Below, one piece after another: positions 34,833-44,266 of a stretch of DNA of 64,000 nucleotides; position 1 is the first letter of the stretch; the number at the start of each line of letters is the position of its first letter. Location of the stretch: NCBI GenBank assembly GCA_965140415.1, contig OZ223209.1, positions 4,064,001-4,128,000 on the forward strand. Direction: 5' to 3'. The position numbers and the translations under genes are program-made. The DNA is from Myxococcota bacterium (GTDB lineage Bacteria; Myxococcota_A; SURF-8). Under the pieces are notes generated by a model. It was not told where the DNA came from, did no database searches, and was given only the letters and a program-made list of their open reading frames with translations.

Positions 34833-37800
34833 CCCCTCCCCACCGGCATCCGGGGCGGGGCAGTCTTCCACATCAGGTCGATTTCCTCGGGGGTGAGGCC
34901 ATAGGCCTGGTTGACGAGGTCGGCCAGGCGGCGTTCGTGCTGTTGGGCTTCGGCGGCGCGGCGCTGCATGGCGGGGACGATCTCCTCGTAGGCCTCGCGC
35001 AGCTCCTTCACGCCACTCACGCTCAGCTTGCCTGCCGCTTTGGGGCGGCGCTTCTTCACTTCGGCCATGAAGGCGTCGAAGTCCAGAGCGGCGGCGTCTT
35101 GCAGCTTTAGGCCCGGTTTGTCGATGGACTGGATCTGCTTCAGCCAGTCGAGCAGATCGCGCTGGGCGCTTTGGTTGGCGCGGGTCAGTTCGATCAGCGC
35201 CGCCACGCGCTCCTCAGCCTCGGTGCGTATGGTTTCGGTGGGCGGAGCGATGGGGAGTTTCTTGACGTATGGGATGTCCATCGCCAAAGCTTCGTCTTTT
35301 TTGTGTGGGAAGTATCGGAACGAATAGTACCAGTTTGCTGGCGAGTTCATAACTGCCAATACCCAAAAATCGACTTTGGGAATCATGATCGCTGCATCAT
35401 TGATAAGAACATTGTTGTCATCAAAAGAAATGCGCGAATGGAAGGCTATCCTCTGTATCACCATTTTAGGTTTGTAAAATAGTTCCCAATAATCAACTGG
35501 ATCTTGGATTTCATTCCATTTGTACAGGCCAGGTTTTCTTCCCGGCCAAGTTCCCTGTTTCTTTGCATCCCAATCCTTTGGACGTGGTTCCAATCTCTCT
35601 TGGAACTGGAGAAGGTGTTGCTTTACTGCTTGATAGTGATCGATTTCAACTCCATGCCGCGCAAAGATCATCCAAAGTCCAGCCCATTCAGGATGCCATC
35701 TCTTAATGTCCTGACCACGCAAGTAAGGTTTCACTATTTCTTCTGACCTTGGATCTTCTTTTAGCAAATCGTTACGTGTTGGCGTATCAATGAGGAATGC
35801 TTCGTTTAAGCCTGTCTTGATTCCGTAGCATGGGTTTGTATTGATAAATTTGGCAAGTGGTACGCCATTTCCTTTAATCTTTGCCATCAAATCTACGACC
35901 GCCGGGTGCTCAAGACTCCACGCCTTTTCCGAAAACCGCGACCAGGGCACCTCGTAACCATGCTGGCGAACGAACTGCTTGAGGTTGATGTCTGCCAGTT
36001 TCTCACGAGGCACGGGACAGATGACCACCGGCGCGGTTGGCTCGGGTTGGGAAGGTGGATCGGGTAGTTGCTCGCCCCGGTCGTGTTCCGCTAGCTTTTT
36101 AATGAGACCGTGGTAGTGGTGCAATACTTTCCCCGCAGCATCACGTACAGTCGGGCGACGCACCGACACGATGCAAGGGAAGACGTCGGCGTCCTCGAAG
36201 ATGGGCGCGTGGCCGAAGTCGAGGATCTGCTCGAAGACCGTATGTTCGGCGAAAAAACGCCGCAGCGCCTCGCCGTAACCGGACTTCAACCACTTGTTCG
36301 TCACGATGAACGACAGCACGCCGCCCGGCTTCAAGGCCTGCACGCCGCGCTCGTAGAAATAGGTGTACAGATCCGCCACGCCGTCGAAGGAATGGTAATG
36401 CTCCTTCAGATACGGCTTGATCGGCGATAGCAGTTCCTGGCGAACGTAAGGCGGGTTGCCGATCACCACATCGAAACCGCCATCATCAAAGACATTCTTA
36501 AAGCGCTCTTGCCAATCGAATGGAGTCTCCGAATAGGCTGCATCGTCCACGATGGAGTCACCCTGCTGGATGTTGTCGTCCAGGAAGGTCAACGGCTTGC
36601 CGCGCTCGGCGGTCTTCAGCCACAGGCTGAGCTTGGTGATCTCCACCGACTCCTTCGAGAGATCCACGCCGTAAAGGTTGTGGTTGAGGATGGTCTTGTT
36701 CAGGTCGAACAGGCTGCGCTGCCCGCCCTCGAAGGCCGCCAGGGCGTCGTTGACGCGCTCGTACTGCGCCAGCAGGTAATCGAAGGCCGCGATCAGAAAC
36801 GCGCCGGAGCCGCAGGCCGGATCCAGCACGCGGGTGCGCTTCAGCACCTCGTCGCGGTAGGCCTCCCAGAACTCGTGCTCGGCCTTGGCCAGCTTGCGCC
36901 CGTGCGCCTCGGGGATGGCATCCAGTCCGATGCGCTGGCGAAGCTCCTCCTCCTTGCGCCGCAGATAACCGCCCAGCGCCACATCCACGATGTACTGCGT
37001 CACCATTGCGGGCGTGTAGTAAACGCCCTGGGTCTTGCGACGGCCCTTCTTCTTGTCGAAGTCCTCACCAGACGCGGCGGCTTTCAGTTCCTCCAGGTCG
37101 GTGACCGACTGCTCGAAGATGTGGCCCAGCACCTCGACCGATACGTCCGTGTCGAAATCGTAGCGCGTGATGGCGTTCAACTCGTCGCACAACTCATCCG
37201 GCAGGCTGATCTGCTCGTCGATGACCGGATCGGGCTTGAACAGCCCGCCGTTGTAACCGGGGATGGGCGGGTTGTCGTTGCCCTTGTCCACCCAGCGGAA
37301 GACCGCCTTGTAGCGCGTCCAGACGGCGGTCGGATTGTAGGGATCCTTGTAGTCGTGCGCGGTCTTGATCGTGTTCGGCGGCAAGAGCCCGCGATCCTCG
37401 CAAAAGGCGATGAACAGCACGCGGTCGAGGATCTTCTGCGCCGTCTCGATCATGGCGGCCTTGTCGCCGTCGGTCTGCTCGGTCAGGTATTGCACCAGCT
37501 TGAGGCGCGTGTCCTTGTACTCGGCGTAAAGCGCCTTGGTGATGGCCTCCTCGGCGTTGTCGGACTCGCGCAGGAGCGCATCCACGCGGGAGTCTCCATC
37601 CTGCTTGGCTTCCAGCGGCAGGAAGTTCTCGGTACAGAGCAGGAAGAAGAAACGCCGGAAGACGGCATCGTCGGCAAGATCGGCCAGCTTGAAGCGTTCA
37701 TAGAAGGCGGGTGTCTTGCTGGTGCGGTAGAGGCGGATCTCTCGATAGTTGCTAACCAGCACCCACTTGCAGCCCTCGGTGTAGTTGGCGTAGCGCCAGC

Positions 37801-38239
37801 CCTGCTCAACGGCGGATTCCGTGCGCCCGGAGGCGGGACGGTCCAGGTTGTTGACCGCGCCCTTCAGTTCGATCGGCGCGACGATGCGACCCTTCAGGCG
37901 CGTGGCCTTGCTGGCGGATTCGGTGGCGGTGAAGAAACCCAGCGCGCCATCAGCCGAGCCGCCGCCATCGGAGATATGCGCCTCGGCATGCAGCGTCCAG
38001 GCTTCGCCTTCGCCCTGGATGACGGAGCGGTAGCCCAGCACCTCGCCAAAGATGTCGCGCAGAAACTCGCCGTGCAGCGAGACTTCCTTGATGACGTCCA
38101 GCGTCCCACGCTCCAGCGAGGTGATCCAGCGCGCCACCACGGCCCGGCGGGCGTCCATATCGGACGGAAAGGCAAAGCCCGCCATCGCTTTGGCGAGCGT
38201 CTTTTCATGAAACAAGGGTTTGACGTGACCTGTGGGCAT
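34829..38239 (-). CDS. Second type IIG restriction-modification enzyme (N6-adenine MTase + nuclease)
   Basis: ADGALG...IELK; YNGGLF; GVYYTP; LDPACGSGAFL; IGNPPY; GIKTGLNEAF and PYLRGQDIKRW in the TaqI-C-like TRD. Confidence 0.93.
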   Translation of the reverse strand: MPTGHVKPLFHEKTLAKAMAGFAFPSDMDARRAVVARWITSLERGTLDVIKEVSLHGEFLRDIFGEVLGYRSVIQGEGEAWTLHAEAHISDGGGSADGALGFFTATESASKATRLKGRIVAPIELKGAVNNLDRPASGRTESAVEQGWRYANYTEGCKWVLVSNYREIRLYRTSKTPAFYERFKLADLADDAVFRRFFFLLCTENFLPLEAKQDGDSRVDALLRESDNAEEAITKALYAEYKDTRLKLVQYLTEQTDGDKAAMIETAQKILDRVLFIAFCEDRGLLPPNTIKTAHDYKDPYNPTAVWTRYKAVFRWVDKGNDNPPIPGYNGGLFKPDPVIDEQISLPDELCDELNAITRYDFDTDVSVEVLGHIFEQSVTDLEELKAAASGEDFDKKKGRRKTQGVYYTPAMVTQYIVDVALGGYLRRKEEELRQRIGLDAIPEAHGRKLAKAEHEFWEAYRDEVLKRTRVLDPACGSGAFLIAAFDYLLAQYERVNDALAAFEGGQRSLFDLNKTILNHNLYGVDLSKESVEITKLSLWLKTAERGKPLTFLDDNIQQGDSIVDDAAYSETPFDWQERFKNVFDDGGFDVVIGNPPYVRQELLSPIKPYLKEHYHSFDGVADLYTYFYERGVQALKPGGVLSFIVTNKWLKSGYGEALRRFFAEHTVFEQILDFGHAPIFEDADVFPCIVSVRRPTVRDAAGKVLHHYHGLIKKLAEHDRGEQLPDPPSQPEPTAPVVICPVPREKLADINLKQFVRQHGYEVPWSRFSEKAWSLEHPAVVDLMAKIKGNGVPLAKFINTNPCYGIKTGLNEAFLIDTPTRNDLLKEDPRSEEIVKPYLRGQDIKRWHPEWAGLWMIFARHGVEIDHYQAVKQHLLQFQERLEPRPKDWDAKKQGTWPGRKPGLYKWNEIQDPVDYWELFYKPKMVIQRIAFHSRISFDDNNVLINDAAIMIPKVDFWVLAVMNSPANWYYSFRYFPHKKDEALAMDIPYVKKLPIAPPTETIRTEAEERVAALIELTRANQSAQRDLLDWLKQIQSIDKPGLKLQDAAALDFDAFMAEVKKRRPKAAGKLSVSGVKELREAYEEIVPAMQRRAAEAQQHERRLADLVNQAYGLTPEEIDLMWKTAPPRMPVGRG

Positions 38240-38520
38240 CCGCTACCTGCTTGAAAGAAAATATCCCAATCAAAACCAACGCTTGCAATATCGTCTACGG
38301 TGAATCGCCCCTGGCTGCTGCTTCCGAATCAGTAGGCAAGTTTATAGCATTTATGGGGCAAAGGCGGAAAGGAATTTATGTGGAGTTATCGAGGGGATAG
38401 GTGATCAACGAAGGGGTGTGACTTACTCTGGCACACAGCTTTGCTGCTATTCTTAAATAGACAATCGGCTTGTCCTGGCATAGGATACGAAACGAAAACA
38501 TTTATAATGGGAGAACGGAT

Positions 38521-38736
38521 ATGAAAGTAAACCATCCAATTTTGGGCAAAGTCAAGCAATTTGATAGAACCCCTTTGCCAGAGAAACTTTCTGGCTGTTC
38601 TTTCGACACCAAAGCGGGGTTCTGGCGTTTCGAGAGTGATGGAAGTTGCATGATGAGGTCAAATGATCCATCAAGACCGGTCTGCGGAACCAAAAAGAAA
38701 GACATTGAAACAGGTGAAGATGAAAAAGGCGAATAA
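38521..38736 (+). CDS. Graspetide (ATP-grasp RiPP) precursor peptide, 71 aa
   Basis: MKVNHPILG...CGTKKKDIETGEDEKGE; Thr/Lys donors followed by Asp/Glu acceptors at the C-terminus; RBS GGAGA; TAATG coupling to the ATP-grasp gene. Confidence 0.8.
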   Translation: MKVNHPILGKVKQFDRTPLPEKLSGCSFDTKAGFWRFESDGSCMMRSNDPSRPVCGTKKKDIETGEDEKGE

Positions 38737-39692
38737 TGGATGTTCTTTCTCCTGAGATTCTCTTAATCTCAAATACTCACGATTATTCCAGTGACTTGGT
38801 CGCAGCTGAGCTTCATACTCGAAAAGCAAAATACCTTCGCTTAAATCGCGATAAATTCAACAAAATGGAACTGATCTTATTCCCTTCTACCCCACTTATC
38901 AAGGGGCGATGGGAAGATATTGATTTCCAAGTAAGTGCGGATGTATTGAAATCCATCTATTTTCGGGCTCCGGTATTCCTGCGGGATAATTATCAGCCTG
39001 ATCTGCTTCCAGAAGAACAATTGGCGAGGGGACAATGGGCTGCTTTTCTTCGAGCTTTGACAATCTTTGAAGATGCCACTTGGGTTAATCATCCCATGTA
39101 CACGTACCAAGCTGAGGTAAAGGCTTATCAACTCAGAATCGCTCAGAAAGTGGGGTTTAGCGTTCCAGAAAGCATTGCGACCAATTTCCCCAAACCCTAT
39201 GCGAGTAACAGGGACTGGATCGTAAAAACGATGGAGCCAATAATCCTGAGATTTGATAGCAAAGAAGGATTTATATATACGAACTCTGTCGATAGCGAAG
39301 AACTTGAGAACGGTGACTACTCTTCAGCTCCTGTCATGATTCAGGAAAGAATTGAGCCGAAAGTTGATGTCAGAGTTACAATTATCGGCGAGAAACTCTT
39401 TCCTGTTTCCATCAAGAAAAATGGTTCTGGGATTGAGGGAGATTGGCGTCTGCAGAAAAACGATGTAGTCTATACTCCCATTGGCCTGCCAAAGGATGTT
39501 CGGAATATGATTCACGAATTGATGAATAGATTGAATCTCACCTTCGGTGGAATGGATCTTCTGTTGCAGGATAACAAGTATTATTTTCTGGAGGTAAACC
39601 CAACAGGTGAATGGGGATGGTTGATGGATAACACGGGAGCGCCGATAGACAAGGCAATTTGTGATTATTTGATGGGAAATTCCAATGTATAA
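38736..39692 (+). CDS. MvdC/MvdD-like ATP-grasp peptide ligase
   Basis: YLRLN, WVNHP, K..QLRIAQKVGFSVP, IQERIEPKVDVRVTIIG, DWR, FGGMDL, YFLEVNPTGEWGWL. Confidence 0.92.
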   Translation: MDVLSPEILLISNTHDYSSDLVAAELHTRKAKYLRLNRDKFNKMELILFPSTPLIKGRWEDIDFQVSADVLKSIYFRAPVFLRDNYQPDLLPEEQLARGQWAAFLRALTIFEDATWVNHPMYTYQAEVKAYQLRIAQKVGFSVPESIATNFPKPYASNRDWIVKTMEPIILRFDSKEGFIYTNSVDSEELENGDYSSAPVMIQERIEPKVDVRVTIIGEKLFPVSIKKNGSGIEGDWRLQKNDVVYTPIGLPKDVRNMIHELMNRLNLTFGGMDLLLQDNKYYFLEVNPTGEWGWLMDNTGAPIDKAICDYLMGNSNV

Positions 39693-40293
39693 CTATTTTG
39701 GAAATGCTTGGAATTGGATACTTCAGGAAATCGTGCCGATATTGTACGCATATAGAGTGGAGAAAATACTCCTTACCAAGCACGAGAATATTCACGTTTC
39801 TTCGTACTCTATCGAGGAATTGACAGATTATTCGGAGTTATCTCAATTTATACAGGGACAACTCTCATTAGAAGATGAACGACGAAAAACAATCGATGAG
39901 AAGGCTAAATCTTCATTGGTTTCCATCACAGTTGTAATCGCCGTAATGCTGGCTCTGCTTAAAGACGGGGCCAGCGTAGGCCTCCCCTTTGGGATTTTAA
40001 TAATGCTTGCCATTTTGTGCTTTTTGTTTGCAGTTATCGGAGCGGTTAAAGCAATCGAAAACTTGCCATACGCCCAAGTTACCGTTGAGGATCTGATCAA
40101 GGAAAATGGTTCTTCGCTGGAGCACAAGAAGATTTGCGAGAAGGATATGTTATTGGAATTTTACAAATACTACAAAGCCAACTCTGTATTAAACAATAAC
40201 AAAGGAAACTTTGTTGATTCGTCTTTCAAATCCATCAGGAACGGGGTCATTCTCCTGTGTGCCGCCATTGTTTTGACAATGCTTTTGCCTTAA
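39685..40293 (+). CDS. 3-TM membrane protein coupled to the ATP-grasp ligase
   Basis: Overlaps the ligase by 8 nt; EDERRKTIDEKAK then two TM helices, a soluble loop, and NNKG...C-terminal TM. Confidence 0.8.
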   Translation: MYNYFGNAWNWILQEIVPILYAYRVEKILLTKHENIHVSSYSIEELTDYSELSQFIQGQLSLEDERRKTIDEKAKSSLVSITVVIAVMLALLKDGASVGLPFGILIMLAILCFLFAVIGAVKAIENLPYAQVTVEDLIKENGSSLEHKKICEKDMLLEFYKYYKANSVLNNNKGNFVDSSFKSIRNGVILLCAAIVLTMLLP

Positions 40294-40308
40294 AGATAAG
40301 AAGGCGGT

Positions 40309-40647
40309 CTACCCCACCTCCTCCAACACCCGTTTCACCACCTCGACAATCATTTTCTGGTGGGCTTTCTTTGCCGGGCGCAGGAGTTCCCGCATCTCGG
40401 CCATGTGGGGATAGGTTCGGGCCTTGAAGTCCTCGTCAGCAATGTCGAACAGCACAGCCATCTCGACATCGATGGCCTGCGCGATCTCGTAGAATTTCTC
40501 CACCGACGGGATCGAATGCCCACGCTCCAGGCGGCTGATGGTTTCCACCGCCACATTGACTTTCTCGGCTAACTTTTCCTGAGTAAGCCCCGCGTCCTTG
40601 CGGAATCGCCTGACACGATCTCCCAGTATTTTCTTGATATCCGGCAT
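40309..40647 (-). CDS. XRE-family HTH transcriptional regulator
   Basis: LGDRVRRFRKDAGLTQEKLAEKVNVAVETISRLERGHSIPS; RBS AGGAGG before the ATG at 40647. Confidence 0.92.
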   Translation of the reverse strand: MPDIKKILGDRVRRFRKDAGLTQEKLAEKVNVAVETISRLERGHSIPSVEKFYEIAQAIDVEMAVLFDIADEDFKARTYPHMAEMRELLRPAKKAHQKMIVEVVKRVLEEVG

Positions 40648-40649
40648 TG

Positions 40650-40703
40650 CGCCTCCTGTTTCTATTGAATGTCGCCGATCGGCGAGCGAATGAACAGGAG
40701 GCG
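40650..40703 (-). promoter_or_regulatory. Inverted repeat covering the XRE ribosome-binding site
   Basis: CGCCTCCTGTT (40650-40660) is the perfect reverse complement of AACAGGAGGCG (40693-40703); central palindrome TCGCCGATCGGCGA (40672-40685). Confidence 0.6.
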
Positions 40704-40917
40704 ATATGATTGATATTTTCATATTATAGGCGTATAGTGTTGTCTCGTTGGATAAACTTGATGGTCTTGGTCGGATAAAAGCCGGAAAACGGACTGGAAC
40801 GCCTACCGTTGCAACGAAAAACACGGCCACATTGTCGATGAGAAAAACACCCGAGTTTCGGGGATAAGAATTCTAAGGAACTGAATTTACATAGGATACA
40901 AGAAAAGGAGGGATGCG

Positions 40918-42894
40918 ATGCGAATGTGGATAGTGCTTTGGATGGGGCTTGCCGTTTGCGTTTTGGCTGGATGTTCCGACTCGGTGGTGACCTCTATGGA
41001 ACCGTTGGATGGCGATGCCGACAGCGATCAAACCGACGCTTCGGATGGCGACCACGATGGCATGGACGAACCCTTACTGGATGGCGATGAAGTTGTCGAT
41101 GGCGATGCTGATGGTGATGGTGTTGATGACCCGGATGGGGATGGTGAACTGGATGCGGAACAAGACTTCGACCCGGCGGATGGCGATACGGATAGCGATG
41201 CCGACGAAACGGATGACCAGCCCGTGTGCGAACCCAATGCCAGCTGGTGCGAGGAGACCGTTCTCCACGTCTGCAATGAGGATGGAACGGATGAATACAT
41301 CCCGACCGACTGCGGCCCCATCGGCTGCGAGGATGGCGCGTGTGTCGAGGAAAACGCGCTGGATCTGCGCGAGTATGGATCCTACGCCATGCTGAGCGAC
41401 AAACGGCTGACGTATGGGAAAACGGAGGCAAGCATCGAGATGTGGTTCGTGTCTGAATCCTTGCATCCCAGCACCATTTTGTATGCGGAAGGCGGCGTGA
41501 TTGCAATCAGGCTGTGGCAGGATGGACACATTTCCTACCAGGAGAAGCGCTCCGATATTGGCTGGACCTATGTGGATACGGCTCCCAATCCGTTTACCTT
41601 GACCGAGTGGCATCATCTTGCGGTCGTACGCGCGGGAGATCGGCTTTCCATTTTTCTCGATGGAATCAAGATACTCGAAGGCAACGGGCCACCATCCGAT
41701 AGTGGACTCGTTAGCGGTTCGGAGAACACGGTGGCCGGAGGATTTCTGAGTACGGAACACTACTGCTTTGCCGTGGTTGATGAACTCCGCATCTCCAACA
41801 GCGTCCGCTATGCCGAAGACTTCGAGCCCGCGTATCGGCATGAACCGGACGAGCAGACCATCGGCCTCTGGCACTTCGATGAAGGCGAAGGCAGCGTCGT
41901 TCACGATGCGAGCCCAAACGGCCACGATGGTTCGTTGCATGGCGATGCAACCTGGACAACGGATGCCGTCTGGCGCAACTGGCACTGCATTCCGCAGTGG
42001 GGACAGTGTCTGCCGGATTCGACGGATCGCAAAATCTGCCGGGAAGACGGGCTGGGCTGGGGCGAACCCACTGACTGCGGCCCCATTGGCTGCGAGGATC
42101 GTCATTGCATTGAAGAACATGCGCTGAGCTTCAACAACTCAGACGATGGCATTCAGGTTGCGGACCGATTCCTGATTCGGCGCGAAACCGAGGCCACCAT
42201 CGAAATGTGGGTCTGGTTGGAGGAACGAGAGACGACTGCAGACTTCGAGGGACATAACTTGTACATGGAAGGCGATCCGAGTCGATTGGTTTTGGCGGTG
42301 AATAACAATGGCAGGATTCATTTCTCGGAACACGACCCTGATGCCGGCTGGAACAATTTTCCAACTGTCGAAGGCGTTTTCCCTTTCGAGACCTGGGCCC
42401 ATCTCGCTGTTACGAAGAACGCGGCTCAGCGAATTCTCTTTGTGAACGGCGAGCAGGTGGCGGCCAGTCCGGCAGATACGGTGCCTTTCGATTACGTGCC
42501 GGAAGAGGCCTCTATTCTGGGCCGAAAGATGTATGGCCAGATCGACGAGCTACGCCTGTCGGATACGGTGCGCTACACGGAAGACTTCACGCCGGTCTTT
42601 CGTCATCAAGGCGAACGGTTCGATACCCCGCAGGACGAACACACCATCGGCCTCTGGCATTTCGACGCCAACGGCTGGGATGTCAGCGCCAATCGGTACG
42701 ATCTTGACGAGGATGCCTGCACATTCACCGACGAGGCCGTCTGGCGCAATTGGACCTGCGTCCCCGAATGGACAACCTGCGCGACGGAACAGGCCGTGCA
42801 GCGCTGCAACGCGAACGGTCGCTGGATGGAAGAGGAGTTGTGTACCGGCGGCACTTGCGAGACAATCAACAGCAGTAAGGCTGTCTGCCAATAG
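40918..42894 (+). CDS. Lipoprotein with DGD linker and two LamG/concanavalin-like domains
   Basis: Lipobox LAGC; DGD repeats; duplicated module PTDCGPIGCED...IEMW...WxHLAV...DELRxS..VRY..DF...TIGLWHFD...AVWRNW. Confidence 0.88.
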   Translation: MRMWIVLWMGLAVCVLAGCSDSVVTSMEPLDGDADSDQTDASDGDHDGMDEPLLDGDEVVDGDADGDGVDDPDGDGELDAEQDFDPADGDTDSDADETDDQPVCEPNASWCEETVLHVCNEDGTDEYIPTDCGPIGCEDGACVEENALDLREYGSYAMLSDKRLTYGKTEASIEMWFVSESLHPSTILYAEGGVIAIRLWQDGHISYQEKRSDIGWTYVDTAPNPFTLTEWHHLAVVRAGDRLSIFLDGIKILEGNGPPSDSGLVSGSENTVAGGFLSTEHYCFAVVDELRISNSVRYAEDFEPAYRHEPDEQTIGLWHFDEGEGSVVHDASPNGHDGSLHGDATWTTDAVWRNWHCIPQWGQCLPDSTDRKICREDGLGWGEPTDCGPIGCEDRHCIEEHALSFNNSDDGIQVADRFLIRRETEATIEMWVWLEERETTADFEGHNLYMEGDPSRLVLAVNNNGRIHFSEHDPDAGWNNFPTVEGVFPFETWAHLAVTKNAAQRILFVNGEQVAASPADTVPFDYVPEEASILGRKMYGQIDELRLSDTVRYTEDFTPVFRHQGERFDTPQDEHTIGLWHFDANGWDVSANRYDLDEDACTFTDEAVWRNWTCVPEWTTCATEQAVQRCNANGRWMEEELCTGGTCETINSSKAVCQ

Positions 42895-43147
42895 GGACAC
42901 AAGGCTTCTCGCCGTTTCGGACAATGGAGGGGCGGGAGGCCTTTCTCCCGAAATCATTTTCCACCGCCATCAGGTGGATCCAACAAAAATCTACCCAAAT
43001 TGATATCGGCCACTGTCCCTCACTTCCGGGTCCTCTTCGAAATCGTCATAGCCCTTCGAGCATACGAGGGCTAAAAGAAGAAGCGTGTGCTCCTTCTTCG
43101 TCGCCGCGCGCGACAGGTGGGATGGATGGTGGGATCGAACGGTAGGT

Positions 43148-43249
43148 TTATCGAAGCCGCTTGGATCGGATATGATTGACGATGGCGTCAAAGGCCAGAC
43201 CGGCCAGCAGAGCCGTGTTCTGAATGATGATGGCGCGCAGGAATTTCAC
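43148..43249 (-). CDS. Possible 33-aa hydrophobic peptide
   Basis: GTG start with RBS AAGGAGG and GTGA overlap with the upstream stop; MKFLRAIIIQNTALLAGLAFDAIVNHIRSKRLR. Confidence 0.45.
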   Translation of the reverse strand: MKFLRAIIIQNTALLAGLAFDAIVNHIRSKRLR

Positions 43250-43506
43250 GGTGCCTCCTTGTCGGTGGGTGTGATGGTAATCTCGCTGGAGCTGTGATCA
43301 TCGTCGCTGTGATGGCTGTCCAGCGTCGTACCGACTGCGCCACCCAAGGCTCCACCGATGGCCGAGCCGATCTTTCCGAAGATAGACGCGCCGATGGCAG
43401 CGGCAATGCCCGCGCCCAGCGCTGTGAACTTGTTTCGATGCACGACTTCGCCGATCCGGTTCTTGACGTGATCGATGTCGTTGGTAATACGTTGCAGGTC
43501 ACTCAT
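43246..43506 (-). CDS. Small glycine-zipper protein (86 aa)
   Basis: RBS AAGGAG; ALGAGIAAAIGASIFGKIGSAIGGALGGAVG. Confidence 0.7.
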   Translation of the reverse strand: MSDLQRITNDIDHVKNRIGEVVHRNKFTALGAGIAAAIGASIFGKIGSAIGGALGGAVGTTLDSHHSDDDHSSSEITITPTDKEAP

Positions 43507-43543
43507 TTGTTCTCCTTTTCTTTAGTTACGATACTGTGTGGCA

Positions 43544-44266
43544 CTACTCGACAATCAAGCCGAAAGCCGAACAGTCCACCGCGATCTTGCGCGGGAGTGA
43601 CTGCCCCAGCGCGTGCTTCTTCACCAGGATGGCCACCAGCGCGCCGGTGAGCATACTGTTGTAAATCACCGCCCGCGCCGTGCAAGGCAGTTGCATCGAC
43701 TCTTCCGCCGGATGCAGGGTCTCCTCGTAGACCTGCGCGCCCATCAGGTCGCCGTGGGATTTGGCGGTGTAGATCACGATGTACTCGCCGCCCTGGCGCG
43801 GGTCGATGACTGTGATGGGCCGGGCGCGGCTACCCTGGGCTTTGGCCTGTTCCCAGATCGTCCGGCGCGCGTCCATGTTGTCCACGCAGGAGATGACCAG
43901 ACGCTTGGATTCGTCGCGGCCAAGGAGTTGATCGCTGTAGTGCTCACGGAACTGACCGGGCAGCAGGCCGGTGACGCGGTAGACCTCAACGCCCAGCGCC
44001 ACGGCCTTGGGCTGGCCCAGATACTCTGCGCCGAACAATTGATTGGGCTGGTTGTGCGGCTCGACCGTGTCGTCGTCGTAGATGTTGATGTCCGTGCAGC
44101 CCATCTTGGCAAGCGCCAGCGCTGTATAGCTGCCAGATGCTCCAGCGCCGATGATGGTGATGGGGAAGTCCAGCTTGTCGGGATGGATGATGTCGAGCTG
44201 GCGGTGGAATAGGTTGTCGAGGGTCGTGCGGTCCATGTCGTTTCGATCCATTGGAGTTCCTTTCAT
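43544..44266 (-). CDS. ThiF/E1-like adenylyltransferase
   Basis: RQLD, IIGAGASGS nucleotide-binding loop, DDDTVEPHN, PKA, SCVDNMDAR; late Cys in LPCT. Confidence 0.88.
   Translation of the reverse strand: MKGTPMDRNDMDRTTLDNLFHRQLDIIHPDKLDFPITIIGAGASGSYTALALAKMGCTDINIYDDDTVEPHNQPNQLFGAEYLGQPKAVALGVEVYRVTGLLPGQFREHYSDQLLGRDESKRLVISCVDNMDARRTIWEQAKAQGSRARPITVIDPRQGGEYIVIYTAKSHGDLMGAQVYEETLHPAEESMQLPCTARAVIYNSMLTGALVAILVKKHALGQSLPRKIAVDCSAFGLIVE

Noticed and set aside
36509-38254. 581-aa + strand ORF
   Set aside because: Antisense shadow of the second type IIG gene.
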